Shown here one piece after another: positions 50,657 to 62,071 of a DNA stretch of 64,000 nt; positions within the stretch are counted from its first letter, which is position 1; each line of letters begins with the position of its first letter. Position numbers and translations under genes: made by a program. The notes under the pieces are model-generated. The model did no database searches. It saw only the letters and a program-made list of their open reading frames with translations, and was not told the origin of the DNA. Source of the stretch: Alphaproteobacteria bacterium. Lineage in GTDB: Bacteria; Pseudomonadota; Alphaproteobacteria; UBA6615. The stretch covers positions 72,049 to 136,048 of the forward strand of contig CBDHEC010000008.1 of the NCBI GenBank assembly GCA_965261975.1, given 5' to 3'.

Positions 50657-51502
50657 ATGAGCACAAGTGATCTACAATCCGCGATCGAAACCGCCTGGGA
50701 CAACCGCGACTCCCTGACTCCGGCCACGACGGGTGCCGACCGGGACGCGGTGGAAACCGCGCTCGCGCATCTCGACAGCGGTGCGGCGCGCGTCGCCGAG
50801 AAGATCGACGGTGCCTGGCAGGTCAACGAATGGCTCAAGAAGGCCGTCCTCCTGTCCTTCCGGCTGAACGATATGGAGATGATCTCCGGCGGCCCCGGCG
50901 ACGGGACGGCATGGTGGGACAAGGTCCCCTCGAAGTTCGCCGGCTGGGGGGCTTCCGACTTCGAGACCGCCGGTTTCCGCGCAGTCCCGAATGCGATCGT
51001 TCGCCATTCCGCCTTCATCGCGCCGGGTGCGGTGCTGATGCCGAGCTTCGTCAATCTGGGAGCCTATGTCGGCAGCGGCACCATGGTCGACACCTGGGCG
51101 ACCGTCGGCAGCTGCGCCCAGATCGGGGCCAACGTGCATCTTTCCGGCGGTGCCGGAATCGGCGGTGTCCTGGAGCCGCTCCAGGCCAACCCCGTCGTCA
51201 TCGAGGATAATTGCTTTATCGGTGCGCGTTCGGAAGTCGCGGAAGGCGTGATCGTCGAGGAAGGCGCCGTGCTTTCGATGGGCGTGTATCTCGGCGCGTC
51301 GACCAAGATTGTCGATCGCGAGACCGGCGAGACAATGACCGGCCGCGTGCCGGCCTATTCGGTGGTCGTCCCCGGCAGCCTGCCCGGCAAGCCGCTGCCC
51401 GACGGCAGCCCTGGCCCGAGCCTCTATTGCGCGGTGATCGTAAAGCGGGTCGACGCACAGACACGGTCCAAGACCTCCATCAACGAGCTGCTGCGCGACT
51501 GA
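50657..51502 (+). CDS. dapD: Tetrahydrodipicolinate N-succinyltransferase
   Basis: [47 protein letters not shown]. Confidence 0.98.
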   Translation: MSTSDLQSAIETAWDNRDSLTPATTGADRDAVETALAHLDSGAARVAEKIDGAWQVNEWLKKAVLLSFRLNDMEMISGGPGDGTAWWDKVPSKFAGWGASDFETAGFRAVPNAIVRHSAFIAPGAVLMPSFVNLGAYVGSGTMVDTWATVGSCAQIGANVHLSGGAGIGGVLEPLQANPVVIEDNCFIGARSEVAEGVIVEEGAVLSMGVYLGASTKIVDRETGETMTGRVPAYSVVVPGSLPGKPLPDGSPGPSLYCAVIVKRVDAQTRSKTSINELLRD

Positions 51503-51516
51503 GTATTGCACCTGCC

Positions 51517-52698
51517 ATGACCACGCCCACCAATGATCCGATCGCACTTTCCCAGGCGTTGATCCGCTGCCCGAGCGTCACGCCTGCGGAAGGCGGCGCG
51601 CTCGATGTGCTGGGCGCGGCGCTGGGCTCTCTTGGCTTCACCGTCGACCGGTTGCCGTTTTCCGATGCGGACACGCCGGATGTCGACAACCTCTATGCCC
51701 GTTTGGGCACGGCGGGGGCGAATTTCTGTTTCGCGGGGCATACGGATGTTGTCCCGGTTGGCGACATGGATGCCTGGACCGACGATCCGTTCGCGGGCGC
51801 GGTGGTCGACGGCAACCTCTATGGTCGCGGCGCGGCCGACATGAAAAGCGCCATCGCGGCCTTCACGGCCGCCACCGATCGGCTGATTGCGCGCCACGGG
51901 ACACCCGACAGTTGGGAACGCCCGGGCTCAATCAGCCTGCTCATCACCGGTGACGAAGAAGGGCCCGCGATCAACGGCACCCGCAAGGTCCTTGGCTGGC
52001 TTGCGGACAAGGATGAAACCCTCGATGCCTGCCTGGTTGGGGAGCCCACCAACCCCGACGCGATGGGCGACATGATCAAGATCGGGCGGCGCGGCAGCAT
52101 GATGGGCTATCTGACGGTCCGCGGCGTCCAGGGACACGCGGCCTATCCCCATCTTGCCGACAACCCGGCCCACCGTATCGTGCGTCTGCTCGATGCGCTG
52201 ACCGCCGAACCGCTCGACGAAGGCAGCGAACATTTCCAGCCCTCGACGTTGCAGATCACCACGATCGATATCGGCAACCCGGCAGAGAATGTCATCCCGG
52301 CGGAGGCGCGGGCGACATTCAACATTCGGTTCTGCGACCTGCACACATCGGAAAGCCTGAAGGCCCGTCTCCACGAGATGCTGGATGCCGCCGGTCCGGA
52401 CACCGATTATTCCCTCGATTTCCGCATCACCGGCGAATCCTTCCTGACCCCGCCGGGGCCGCTGAGTGAGGCGATTTCAGGCGCCGTCGAGGCGGTGACC
52501 GGCCGGCAACCGGAGCTCAGCACGACAGGTGGCACGTCGGATGCGCGCTTCATCAAGGACTTCTGCCCGGTCGCCGAATTCGGCCTGGTCGGCCAGACCA
52601 TGCACAAGGTCGACGAGAATGTGAGTTGCGCCGACATCGAGACACTCACAGAAATCTACCTCAAGGTGCTCGAAACCTATTTCGGGTTGAGCCAATAA
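51517..52698 (+). CDS. dapE: Succinyl-diaminopimelate desuccinylase
   Basis: [51 protein letters not shown]. Confidence 0.97.
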   Translation: MTTPTNDPIALSQALIRCPSVTPAEGGALDVLGAALGSLGFTVDRLPFSDADTPDVDNLYARLGTAGANFCFAGHTDVVPVGDMDAWTDDPFAGAVVDGNLYGRGAADMKSAIAAFTAATDRLIARHGTPDSWERPGSISLLITGDEEGPAINGTRKVLGWLADKDETLDACLVGEPTNPDAMGDMIKIGRRGSMMGYLTVRGVQGHAAYPHLADNPAHRIVRLLDALTAEPLDEGSEHFQPSTLQITTIDIGNPAENVIPAEARATFNIRFCDLHTSESLKARLHEMLDAAGPDTDYSLDFRITGESFLTPPGPLSEAISGAVEAVTGRQPELSTTGGTSDARFIKDFCPVAEFGLVGQTMHKVDENVSCADIETLTEIYLKVLETYFGLSQ

Positions 52699-52726
52699 CG
52701 ATCGGGGAAGCGCCGCGGCGCGCGAC

Positions 52727-53302
52727 ATGAACCCATTGGAAGCTGCACACGGCGTATTTGGTGCCTGGCGCCTGCTGCATTTCGACCGATCCGGGCTTAG
52801 CCATTTTCGTGCGACCCCGGAAGGGTTCTGGAACTCGTTCTGGGTGGCGCTCATCGCACTTCCGGCCGAGGCGATCATGAGCCTGCTGGTCCTGACCGCA
52901 CTACCCGAGACCGCCCCCGAAGCCAGCCTCGGACGCGTCACCCTGGTGTTCGTGTTCATCTTCGCTGTGCGCTGGCTCACCTACCTGGCGGTAATCGCCG
53001 AACTCTCGGAAGTCATCCTGCGCCGCGATCATTTCGTCACCTATGCGATCGCTTACAACTGGTCCCAGGTGATCCGAATCGCGATCCTGCTGCCGGCGGT
53101 CGCAATATTTGCCGTCGATGGGGTCGATGGATCCGGGTGGGGATTTGCGATCTTCTACGCCGCCCAGATCGGCCTCTGGGTCTATTCCTGGGTGATCGCG
53201 CGGATCGCCCTCGATGCGTCACGCGGCGCGGCATTCCTGACCGTCGTCGTCGAAATCGCGGTCACCGGCATGTTCGCCCTTCTGTTCAACGCACTCGTCT
53301 AG
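52727..53302 (+). CDS. Hypothetical integral membrane protein
   Basis: About five hydrophobic segments; GFWNSF and AYNW motifs. Confidence 0.75.
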   Translation: MNPLEAAHGVFGAWRLLHFDRSGLSHFRATPEGFWNSFWVALIALPAEAIMSLLVLTALPETAPEASLGRVTLVFVFIFAVRWLTYLAVIAELSEVILRRDHFVTYAIAYNWSQVIRIAILLPAVAIFAVDGVDGSGWGFAIFYAAQIGLWVYSWVIARIALDASRGAAFLTVVVEIAVTGMFALLFNALV

Positions 53303-54501
53303 TCGCGACACGCCCGCAGACCGACGACACCGGCCACGAGAATCAACGCAGACGCACCGGCCACGCAAACCGCCAGCGGCCAGGCCGTGCCGTCCGGCGT
53401 CAAACTGACAAAAAACGCACCCGCCGCGGCACCGGCCATCTCGAATGTCGCCAGCATCGCCGCACTCATCCCCCGGCCCTGGTCGCCTGCCTGCTGGAAA
53501 ACCAGAACCGGCGCCGAGGCAAACAACGGCCCCAACGCGAATGCAAACACGCTCATCGCCGCCGTCAGTGTGAGTGGCGTGTCACCCAACGCGACGGCCA
53601 GCAGCATGAACAATCCCGAGACGGCGGCGGCGGCGACGCCAAACCCGTAGAGCCGAGCGACCCCGATCCGGCCGACGACACGGTTCGACAAGAGACTGCC
53701 GAAGAAAAATGCCATTACGATCGCGGCCTGGAACAGGCCGTAATACCGGGTCGCAACGCCGTGGCGGTCAATGAGCAGGAAAGGTGCTTCGGTGATGAAT
53801 GCGAAGATCGCACCAAGCGCCAGACCAAGGGTCAACGAGATCGCAACGAAGCCACACAGCGACAGGAGCCGGGCATAGCCCGATACGACCGAGCCGACCC
53901 GCAACGCCACCCGCTCACCGGTCGAAAGGGTTTCCGGCAGGCGTAGCACCGCCAGCGCGAGCACCGCCGCGACGATGACGGCAAGCAGGATGAAGTTTGC
54001 CTGCCAGCCAAACCATTCAAAAACGAACCCGCCGATGATCGGACCAACCGCCGGCACCAGCGCGATGATCATGCCGTAGATCGCGTAAATTTTGGCCGAG
54101 TCCTCGGACTTGTAGATATCACCGATGACCGCGAGAACGATCACGGCCTCGACACTGGCCGACGCCCCCATCAGGATGCGCGCTGCCAACAGCTGCCCGA
54201 TCGTCTGCGACAAGGCCGCGCCCACGGCCGTAAACAGAAACGCGGTGATGCCGATCAGGAACACGACCCGGCGGCCATATCGGTCACTCAGCGGCCCCCA
54301 GACAAGTTGAGCCAAGGCGAAGGCTGCCACATTTAGCGCCATGGTGAGCTGCACCGTCTCGGCGCTGGTGCCGAAATAACCCGGCAAATGCGGCAGCGAC
54401 GGCGCATAGAGATCCGTTGAGAGAAGCGACGCGCCGCCGGCCGCAATCAGAATGAACAGGATCAGTCGGGACGGGTGCTGGGATTCGGAAGCCTGTGTCA
54501 C
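53299..54501 (-). CDS. Bcr/CflA-family MFS efflux transporter
   Basis: TDLYAPSLP, GPLSDRYGRR, PAVGPIIGG, LPETL; probable GTG start just after the truA stop. Confidence 0.9.
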   Translation of the reverse strand: MTQASESQHPSRLILFILIAAGGASLLSTDLYAPSLPHLPGYFGTSAETVQLTMALNVAAFALAQLVWGPLSDRYGRRVVFLIGITAFLFTAVGAALSQTIGQLLAARILMGASASVEAVIVLAVIGDIYKSEDSAKIYAIYGMIIALVPAVGPIIGGFVFEWFGWQANFILLAVIVAAVLALAVLRLPETLSTGERVALRVGSVVSGYARLLSLCGFVAISLTLGLALGAIFAFITEAPFLLIDRHGVATRYYGLFQAAIVMAFFFGSLLSNRVVGRIGVARLYGFGVAAAAVSGLFMLLAVALGDTPLTLTAAMSVFAFALGPLFASAPVLVFQQAGDQGRGMSAAMLATFEMAGAAAGAFFVSLTPDGTAWPLAVCVAGASALILVAGVVGLRACRD

Positions 54502-54502
54502 C

Positions 54503-55240
54503 TCAATATTCCACGCGAATGAGACTGAGCCCATCGGGTGGTGCGGTCGGGCCGCCCGCGGTGCGATCACGCGCCGCCAGCGCATCGCGCACATCCGCGC
54601 GCGTCCACTTCCCCTCGCCGACCAGCTTGAGCGTGCCGACGATGTTGCGCACCTGGTGATGCAGGAAGGACGGCGCCGAGGCCTCCACGACGAGTTCCTG
54701 CCCGTGTCGTGAAACATCCAGGCGGTCGAGCGTCTTCACCGGTGATTTTGCCTGGCACAGCGTGGCGCGAAACGACGTGAAGTCGTGATGCCCGAGAAGT
54801 TCCTGCGCGGCGTCTGCCATCGCATCGGCATCGAGCCGGACGCGAACCCACCAGACGCGCCCCGCATCCAGGGCGGGTTGCGGTCGGCGATTCAGAATGC
54901 GGTAGCGGTAGTGACGCGCTGTCGCCGCATATCGGGCATGAAACCCATCATCGACCGCCTCTGCCTGCAAGACCGAGACCGGGACATCCAGCAGGAAATG
55001 GTTCATCGCGTCGCGCACCGTGTCGGCGTCGACATCCTTCTCGATATCCACATGCGCGGTCTGGGCTTCCGCATGGACACCGGCATCGGTACGACCCGCG
55101 CCGTGAACGATCGCGTCCTCGTCGCTGAACGCATGCACCGCGCGCTCGAGCTCCGCCTGGATCGAGGGGCCATTATCCTGACGCTGCCAGCCGACATAGC
55201 CGGTCCCGTCATACTCGATTGTGAGCTTGTAGCGGGTCAT
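54503..55240 (-). CDS. truA: tRNA pseudouridine(38-40) synthase
   Basis: IEYDGT...[36 protein letters not shown]. Confidence 0.97.
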   Translation of the reverse strand: MTRYKLTIEYDGTGYVGWQRQDNGPSIQAELERAVHAFSDEDAIVHGAGRTDAGVHAEAQTAHVDIEKDVDADTVRDAMNHFLLDVPVSVLQAEAVDDGFHARYAATARHYRYRILNRRPQPALDAGRVWWVRVRLDADAMADAAQELLGHHDFTSFRATLCQAKSPVKTLDRLDVSRHGQELVVEASAPSFLHHQVRNIVGTLKLVGEGKWTRADVRDALAARDRTAGGPTAPPDGLSLIRVEY

Positions 55241-56152
55241 GCGAACACCACACCCGCGGCGATCGGTCGTCCGCGGAGATAGTCTGCGGCCGCCATGGCC
55301 GCCTTGCCCGCCCGCTGGACCGTGACCAGCCGCAATGCACCGTCACCGCAGGCCACGGTGAACGCGTCGTCGAGCACCGTCCCGGGCGCTCCCTGACCCC
55401 CAACGACTTCCGCCGACAGGACCTTGATTCGCTCACCTTCATGTTCGAACCATGCGCCGGGCCAGGGTGCGAAGGCACGCACATGGCAATCCAGAACCGC
55501 CGCCGGCTGCGCCCAGTCGATCCGCTCCTCGCCGCGTTCGATCTTCGCCGCATAGGTCTCGCCCGTGTCCGGCTGCGCGATTGCCTGCAGTGTCCCTGCC
55601 TCCAGACCCGTGAGCGCGTCCACGATCAATCGACCGCCGAGCGCCGCCAGTGCGTCGTGGAGCATGCCCGCGTTTGTTTCTGCGGCGATCGGCACGGCTT
55701 CACGCAGCAATTCCGGGCCGGTATCGAGGCCGGCATCCATCTGCATGATCGTGACACCGGTCTCGGCATCACCGGCCTGGATTGCGCGCTGGATCGGCGC
55801 CGCACCGCGCCAGCGCGGCAGCAGGGAGGCGTGAATATTGATGCAACCGAGCCGCGGCGCATCAAGCACCGCCTGTGGAAGAATCAAACCGTAGGCGACG
55901 ACCACAGCTGCATCGAGATCAAGCGCCCCGAAATCCGCCTGGGCCTCCTCGTCACGCAGGCTCACCGGGGTGCGTACGGGAATACCCGCCGCCTCGGCAT
56001 GGTCATGAACGGCCGAACGGCGTTCGCCCTGGCCGCGCCCCGCCGGGCGGGGCGGCTGGGTGTAGACGCACGCGATCTCATGGCCCGCCGCGCGCAATGC
56101 GTCGAGGGCCGGAACGGAAAAATCCGGTGTGCCGAGGAAAGGCTATACGCAT
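55237..56152 (-). CDS. fmt: Methionyl-tRNA formyltransferase, apparent +1 frameshift at 56138-56140
   Basis: ATG CGT ATA GCC TTT C CTC GGC ACA CCG GAT: removing one T gives [16 protein letters not shown]; [30 protein letters not shown]. Confidence 0.93.
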
Positions 56153-56201
56153 GTTTCGTGCCGTCCCGTTTTCATCCGCGCGGCAATGGCTTTGCCGGCG
56201 T

Positions 56202-56714
56202 CTAGGCCTGCGCGCGCTTCAGCTTCTTCATCTTGCGCAGGATAATATTCCGCTTGAGCGGCGTCAGATAGTCGATGAACAGAACCCCGTCGAGATGATC
56301 GATCTCGTGCTGGATGCACGCCGACAAGAGCCCGGTGGCTTCCAGCTCCTGTTGCGCGCCATCGGGATCGAGAAAGCCGACCTTGATTTCGCGCGATCGC
56401 GACACCTCGGCATAGTGATCGGGAATGGACAGGCAACCCTCTTCGGCCACCACGTTTTCTTCCGATCGCCAGGTAATCTCGGGGTTGGACCATCAGGTAG
56501 GGTGCGCCGCCTCACCCTCGCGCGCCACGTCGCACACGATGACCCGCTGGGTCGCGGCCACCTGGGGTGCCGACAGGCCGATCCCGGGCGCGTCGTACAT
56601 GGTCTCGAGCATATCGTCGAGCAACCGGCGCACGCCGTCATCGATTGACACGACCGGTTCGCACTTCATTTTCAGCACCGGATCCGGCGCCAGAACGATC
56701 GGCAGCTTCGCCAT
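56202..56714 (-). CDS. def: Peptide deformylase, interrupted by two compensating indels that create a TGA at 56493-56495
   Basis: [31 protein letters not shown]; CAC CCT ACC TGA TGG TCC AAC restores to H-P-Y-L-M-V-N-P-E-I by adding one C and removing one C. Confidence 0.93.
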
Positions 56715-56830
56715 CGCGGGTGACCCTTAAAACAGAGAAAATCCAAGCAATTCCGGACGTTACCTATGACCTCCCATCCACGGCGTCAAGCCGAGCGGCG
56801 ACTCAAAGCCCCGATTGCTAGAATGACGCC

Positions 56831-57980
56831 ATGGATATCCTGCTTCTGATCGTCGCCTTCACCGGTGCCGTCGCCATCGGTGCGGCCGCCGCCGCCTTTC
56901 TGCTGCGCAAGCGCCCGGCGCCTGACATGCCCGAAACGAACAGCGACGTGCTGGCCCTTTCCGAGCGCTTGTCCCAGATGACCGAGGCCCAGGCGGCCCA
57001 ACAGGCGCAGCTCGCCCAGACCCTGCAGGCCCAGGAACGCGCGCTCGCCAAGGCCGTCGACGACCGGCTGCAACTGCTGACGGGCAAGATCAACGAGACC
57101 CTGGAAAAGACCAACAAGACCCAGAAGACAAATCTCGACGAGCTCAAGGAAAGGCTGGTGCGGATCGACACCGCTCAGAAAAAATCTCTCCGACCTGTCG
57201 TCACAGGTCGTCGGGCTTCAGGACATCCTGTCCAACAAGCAAGCACGCGGCGCGTTCGGCGAGGTCCAGCTTCAGGGCCTGGTCGAGGCGGTTTTGCCGC
57301 CCGACGGCTATACGTTCCAGGCGACCCTGGCCGACGGCAAGCGCGCCGACTGTCTGCTCGACCTGCCCAACCCGCCCGGCCCGATCGTGATCGATGCGAA
57401 GTTCCCGCTGGAGGCATGGCGCCAACTCCAGGCGGCCGAGACCGATACCGAGCGCAAGGAAGCCGAGCGCGCGCTGCGTCGCGATGTGGGCATCCATGTA
57501 AAGGCGATCGCGGAGAAATACATCGTCCCGGGCGAGACCGCGGACGCCGCACTCATGTTCCTGCCGTCCGAAGCCGTCTATGCGGAACTGCATTCCTCCT
57601 TCGCCGACGTCGTGGATGCTGCCAATCGCGCCAAGGTCTTCATCGTGTCGCCCACGACCCTGTGGGCTTTGCTCAACACCATGCGCGCGGTGATGAAAGA
57701 CGTGCGTATGAAAGAGGCCGCCGGGGTGATCCAGGTCGAGGTCATGAAGATGCTCGAGGATGTGGAGCGTCTCGACAAGCGGGTGGGGCATCTGGAGGCA
57801 CATTTCGCGCTGGCCGAGAAGGACATCCGCGAAATCCGAACTTCGACGGGCAAGATCACCCGGCGCGGTGACCAGATTCAGGACATCCAGCTCGGCGAAA
57901 GCGACGTCCCGGCAATCGAAGACGCGCTCGACGGCCCCCCCGAAGACGACGACCGCCCGCTTCTGCGCACGGTTGAATAG
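56831..57980 (+). CDS. rmuC: DNA recombination protein RmuC, apparent frameshift in the A6 run at 57179-57184
   Basis: IDTAQK then (other frame) NLSDLSSQVVGLQDILSNKQARGAFGEVQL; IDAKFP, MFLPSEAVY, VSPTTL. Confidence 0.9.
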
Positions 57981-57983
57981 GCG

Positions 57984-58574
57984 TCAGACCTCCCGCCGGC
58001 TCCTGAGCGCGGCGGTCAATGTCCCGTCATCCAGATAGTCGAGTTCACCGCCCACCGGCACGCCGTGGGCCAGGCGCGAAATTTTCACACCGGAACCCTC
58101 CAGCCGCTCGGTGATGTAATGGGCCGTCGTCTGCCCTGCGACGGTCGCATTTGTCGCGAGGATCACCTCACCCACCGCGTCCGACCGCGCCCGGTCGAGC
58201 AGCTGGCCGATCCGCAGGTCGTCCGGCCCGACGCCGTCGAGCGCCGACAGGGTGCCGCCCAGGACATGGTAGAGGCCCCCAAAGGAGGCCGTACGCTCCA
58301 GGGCCCAGAGATCGGCTACATCCTCGATCACGCAGATCACGCCGCGATCACGCTCCATATCGTCGCAGATCCGGCAGGGATCGACGGAATCGATGTTCCC
58401 GCAATTGCCGCAGGTCCGGATCGCAGTCACCACGCCCGTCAGGGCCTCGGCGAGCGGCTGCATAAATTGTGGTCGCTTGATCAGGTGCAGCGCGGCGCGG
58501 CGCGCCGAGCGTGGCCCCAGCCCCGGCAGCTTCGCCAACAGATCGACGAGCCGTTCGATTTCAGGTGTCGACAT
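57984..58574 (-). CDS. recR: Recombination mediator RecR
   Basis: [10 protein letters not shown]4 zinc finger, [18 protein letters not shown]. Confidence 0.97.
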   Translation of the reverse strand: MSTPEIERLVDLLAKLPGLGPRSARRAALHLIKRPQFMQPLAEALTGVVTAIRTCGNCGNIDSVDPCRICDDMERDRGVICVIEDVADLWALERTASFGGLYHVLGGTLSALDGVGPDDLRIGQLLDRARSDAVGEVILATNATVAGQTTAHYITERLEGSGVKISRLAHGVPVGGELDYLDDGTLTAALRSRREV

Positions 58575-58588
58575 TCAGGCCCGGCGCG

Positions 58589-58918
58589 TCAGCCGCCAAA
58601 GGGCATGCTGAAGCCCGGCGGCAGTTCCAGGCCGCCGGTGAGTTCCTTCATCTGATCGGCCGCCTGTTGTTCGGACTTCACCTTGGCATCGGCATGCGCC
58701 GCGACGATCAGGTCTTCGAGGATATCCGCCTCAGCCGGGTTCACCAGACTCGGGTCGATGCGAATCCCCTTCATCTCGCCCTTGCCGCTGAGGGTCACCG
58801 TCACCATCCCGGCCGCCGACGAGCCCTCGACCGTCATTTCCGCCAGACGCTCCTGCATCTCGCCCATCTTGGCTTGCATTTCCTGCGCCTGCTTCATCAG
58901 CTGACCGAGATTCTTCAT
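58589..58918 (-). CDS. ybaB: YbaB/EbfC nucleoid-associated protein
   Basis: [23 protein letters not shown]; lies between dnaX and recR. Confidence 0.95.
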   Translation of the reverse strand: MKNLGQLMKQAQEMQAKMGEMQERLAEMTVEGSSAAGMVTVTLSGKGEMKGIRIDPSLVNPAEADILEDLIVAAHADAKVKSEQQAADQMKELTGGLELPPGFSMPFGG

Positions 58919-60867
58919 GCGTCGTCATCCTCAGTTTCATCGTCATCTTCGGCCGGTGCGTCATCGGGCAACAGATCGGCGGTACCCGGGTCGCGCCGTT
59001 CGACCTTCTCGATACTGGCACCGGGAAAGGCCTCGAGTGCGGCCCGGACAACCGGGTGCTCCGCCGCCTCGCGATAGGTCACCGCCTCGGCCTCTTCATC
59101 TTGCGCGGCGAGGGTTGCCGCACCCTGCTCGCCCGAGACACTCACCTGCCAGTGGGCGCCGAGCCATTCGCGCAGGCGGTTCAGCGCCTGCCCCGGCAGG
59201 TCGGACGGGGCGTGTTCGTTAGGGCGAAATTCGAGCCGCCCAGGCTCATAGGTCACCACGTGCACGTTGTTGTAGAGATGACTGCGCAGGCCGATCTCGC
59301 GGCGCTCAGCGAACAGCTCAACGAGTTCCCGGAAACTCTGGGGGTCGGCCAGCGCCTGCGGCGCAGGATCAGGCGCGGTTTCCGGTGCCGGCATTTCACG
59401 CGTGGCGACGGCCGCAGCCGCATCGCCGCCATTGCCGGCAACCGCCTGCGAACCGCCATTCCCGGCGGGTGAGGACTCAGGCGCTGGCGCCGGAGACGGT
59501 GCGGGTACCGGCTCGCTTTCGAGCTTCTTGATGATGTCCCCGGGTGACGGCATGTCTGCGGCATGGGCCAGCCGGATCAACACCATCTCGGCCGCGGGCA
59601 TGGCCGACGGCGCGCGCTGCACCTCGCCGACACCCTTCAGCAGGATCTGCCAGGCGCGCGACAATATGGCGACCGTCAGGCCCTCGGCCATGGCCTGCCC
59701 GCGTGTGCGCTCAAGCTCTGACACGGCCGCATCCTCTGCCGCCCGGGGCACGATTTTGACCCGCGTGATCCAGTGGCTGAGCTCGAGCAGATCCTGGAGC
59801 ACCGCCAGCGGGTCGGCGCCGGCATCATGGAGCGTGCCCAGGCCGTCCAGCGCATCGGCAATGCGGCCCGCCATCAGGGCTTCGAACATGTCGAACACGG
59901 CAGCACTATCGGCGGTGCCAAGCATGACGCGAATATTTTCTTCCGACGCCTCGGCCCCGCCGGAGCAATAAGCCGAAATCGCCTGGTCGAGCAGCGACAG
60001 CCCGTCACGCACCGATCCGTCGGCAGCGCGCGCGATGAGGCGCAGCGCACCTTCCTCGAGCTTCGCGTTCTCGGCCTCCGCGATCCCGCCGAAATGGGTC
60101 ATCAATTCGTCCGCGCCGACCCGGCGCAGGTCGAAACGCTGACAGCGCGACAGGACCGTGACCGGGACCTTGCGGATTTCGGTCGTCGCGAAAATGAACT
60201 TCACATGCTCGGGGGGTTCTTCCAGCGTCTTCAGCAGCGCGTTGAACGCGTGCCGCGACAGCATGTGAACCTCATCGATGATGTACACCTTGTAGCGCCC
60301 GAAAACCGGCCGGTAGCGCACCCCGTCGAGAATCTCGCGAATGTCGTCGACGCCCGTCCGGCTGGCGGCGTCAACCTCGATCACATCCGGGTGCCGGTCC
60401 TCGGCGATCGCCACGCATTGTTCGTCATCGGCCGCCGGCGAGATCGTCGGGCCATCCAGTGCATTCAGGCATTTGGCGATGATGCGCGCGGTCGTGGTTT
60501 TGCCGACCCCGCGCACCCCGGTGAGGATGAAGGCATGGGCGACGCGGTCGAGCGCGAACGCATTGGTCAGGGTGCGCACCAGGGCTTCCTGACCGATCAG
60601 CTCGTCGAAACCCTGCGGGCGATACTTGCGCGCCAGCACCTGATAATCCGGCGCGGCGTCGCTCTCGGTCACGGCAGCCTTCGGTACTGCGGCTTCGGGC
60701 GGTTGCGGGGTTTCAGCCGGTTTCGGGGCTGGCTCGGGTTCGGGGTCACCGCCGCCATCGAGAAAGCTGGCCTGATTGGGATCGTCGATGGTGGGGCTGC
60801 CGTCGAGAGACTCATCCGCGTCCGCGATTGGCGGTTCACCCGGCTGATCTTCGAGGTCGGCAGTCAT
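58915..60867 (-). CDS. dnaX: DNA polymerase III subunit gamma/tau
   Basis: [45 protein letters not shown]. Confidence 0.97.
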   Translation of the reverse strand: MTADLEDQPGEPPIADADESLDGSPTIDDPNQASFLDGGGDPEPEPAPKPAETPQPPEAAVPKAAVTESDAAPDYQVLARKYRPQGFDELIGQEALVRTLTNAFALDRVAHAFILTGVRGVGKTTTARIIAKCLNALDGPTISPAADDEQCVAIAEDRHPDVIEVDAASRTGVDDIREILDGVRYRPVFGRYKVYIIDEVHMLSRHAFNALLKTLEEPPEHVKFIFATTEIRKVPVTVLSRCQRFDLRRVGADELMTHFGGIAEAENAKLEEGALRLIARAADGSVRDGLSLLDQAISAYCSGGAEASEENIRVMLGTADSAAVFDMFEALMAGRIADALDGLGTLHDAGADPLAVLQDLLELSHWITRVKIVPRAAEDAAVSELERTRGQAMAEGLTVAILSRAWQILLKGVGEVQRAPSAMPAAEMVLIRLAHAADMPSPGDIIKKLESEPVPAPSPAPAPESSPAGNGGSQAVAGNGGDAAAAVATREMPAPETAPDPAPQALADPQSFRELVELFAERREIGLRSHLYNNVHVVTYEPGRLEFRPNEHAPSDLPGQALNRLREWLGAHWQVSVSGEQGAATLAAQDEEAEAVTYREAAEHPVVRAALEAFPGASIEKVERRDPGTADLLPDDAPAEDDDETEDDDA

Positions 60868-60927
60868 CGGTGTCACGTGTTCCCGGACAGATTGGTTCCA
60901 CTACCAATATCCGATTCGGTGTTCGAG

Positions 60928-61027
60928 GTGGGAGACCGGTTGAATACGACCCGGGCGAAACTCGTTACGGCTGCTTCCTTCCGGACCTGACCGGGTTAGC
61001 GAGGCGCTCGTCCGCCCGGCCTCCCAC
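60928..61027 (-). ncRNA. ffs: Signal recognition particle 4.5S RNA
   Basis: Long hairpin GTGGGAG...CTCCCAC containing GTCAGGTCCGGAAGGAAGCAGC; upstream of dnaX. Confidence 0.95.
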
Positions 61028-61153
61028 GCGCACTATACCAGATCATGGGGCACGATAAACAACGGCTGAACCAACAATCCCGGGCTCTTTCCACAGGTCG
61101 AAAGCTATGACAGGTTACGGCCCGATCCCGCCCTGCATACCGAAAGCCTGCCC

Positions 61154-62065
61154 GTGTCCCGCAACTATTATTCCAGCGACTATCTCGATCGCGTTTCGCA
61201 TCTGCGCAACGATCTGGACTGGTTGGCACGCCAGATGTCTGCCGCCAGCAGCCGCCTGTTGCCCGTCTGGCAACAGAATAATCTCGTGATCAGCGGCGAG
61301 ACGGTCGCGGCCGCCGCGCTGGACGTCCACCATATCGAGAGCCTGCGCGCCGACGATGTCGAGCCGATCCTGCTGGGTCTGGTGGGCGAAACCGCCTATT
61401 TCACCCTCGATGTCAGCCACATCCCCGACCCCCATGAACATGAGGTTCTGGCTGCAGCGGGCCTGTTCGAGGATTTGCGCAAGGTCGGCCCCTATGTCGG
61501 GCGTGAAGAGGGGAATCTGCTCGCCTATGCGCGCGGCATCAATTACTGGCACCAGCGCCACCGTTTCTGCGGTGTTTGCGGCGCGCCGACGCGGAGCGAA
61601 TCCGCCGGGCATCAGCGCCGGTGTACGGATGAGGCCTGCAACGCCTCGCATTTTCCGCGCACCGACGTCGCCTGCATCATGCTCGTCTATGATGACGACC
61701 GGATCATCATGGGCAAATCACCCCGCTTCCAGGGCCGCATGCAATCGGTGCTCGCAGGTTTCCTGGAACCGGGCGAAACGCTGGAAGATTGCGTCGCCCG
61801 CGAGGTCTTCGAGGAAGTCGGCGTGCGCGTCACCGACGTCGAGTATCAGCATTCCCAACCCTGGCCGTTCCCGGCGTCCCTGATGGTCGGCTTCCGCGCA
61901 CGTGCGCTCGACACCGAGATCACCATCGACGAGAAGGAACTTTTGTCGGCAGAGTGGTTGAGCCGCGCGGAGCTGAAGGCGACCACACCGGACTCGCCCG
62001 TCCAGCTGCCACGACCGGACTCGATCGCCCGACGCCTGATCGAAGAGTGGCTCGCCGAAGACTAA
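61154..62065 (-). other. See the + strand nudC call; the overlapping minus-strand ORFs are not considered real
   Basis: Shadow ORFs 61115..61651 and 61920..62339 have no recognisable motifs. Confidence 0.1.
61154..62065 (+). CDS. nudC: NAD(H) diphosphatase
   Basis: FCGVCG...C....C zinc ribbon, FPRTD, Nudix box GFLEPGETLEDCVAREVFEEVG, SQPWPFP.SLM. Confidence 0.96.
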   Translation: MSRNYYSSDYLDRVSHLRNDLDWLARQMSAASSRLLPVWQQNNLVISGETVAAAALDVHHIESLRADDVEPILLGLVGETAYFTLDVSHIPDPHEHEVLAAAGLFEDLRKVGPYVGREEGNLLAYARGINYWHQRHRFCGVCGAPTRSESAGHQRRCTDEACNASHFPRTDVACIMLVYDDDRIIMGKSPRFQGRMQSVLAGFLEPGETLEDCVAREVFEEVGVRVTDVEYQHSQPWPFPASLMVGFRARALDTEITIDEKELLSAEWLSRAELKATTPDSPVQLPRPDSIARRLIEEWLAED

Positions 62066-62071
62066 ACCGGG

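Noticed and set aside
56143-56175. fmt translated from [10 protein letters not shown] through a TAG by readthrough
   Set aside because: A single extra T explains the sequence and restores the canonical MRIAFLGTPDF start
57179-57184. Programmed frameshift or phase variation in the rmuC A6 run
   Set aside because: Short run, no known recoding in rmuC, and it lies in a patch of other single-base indels
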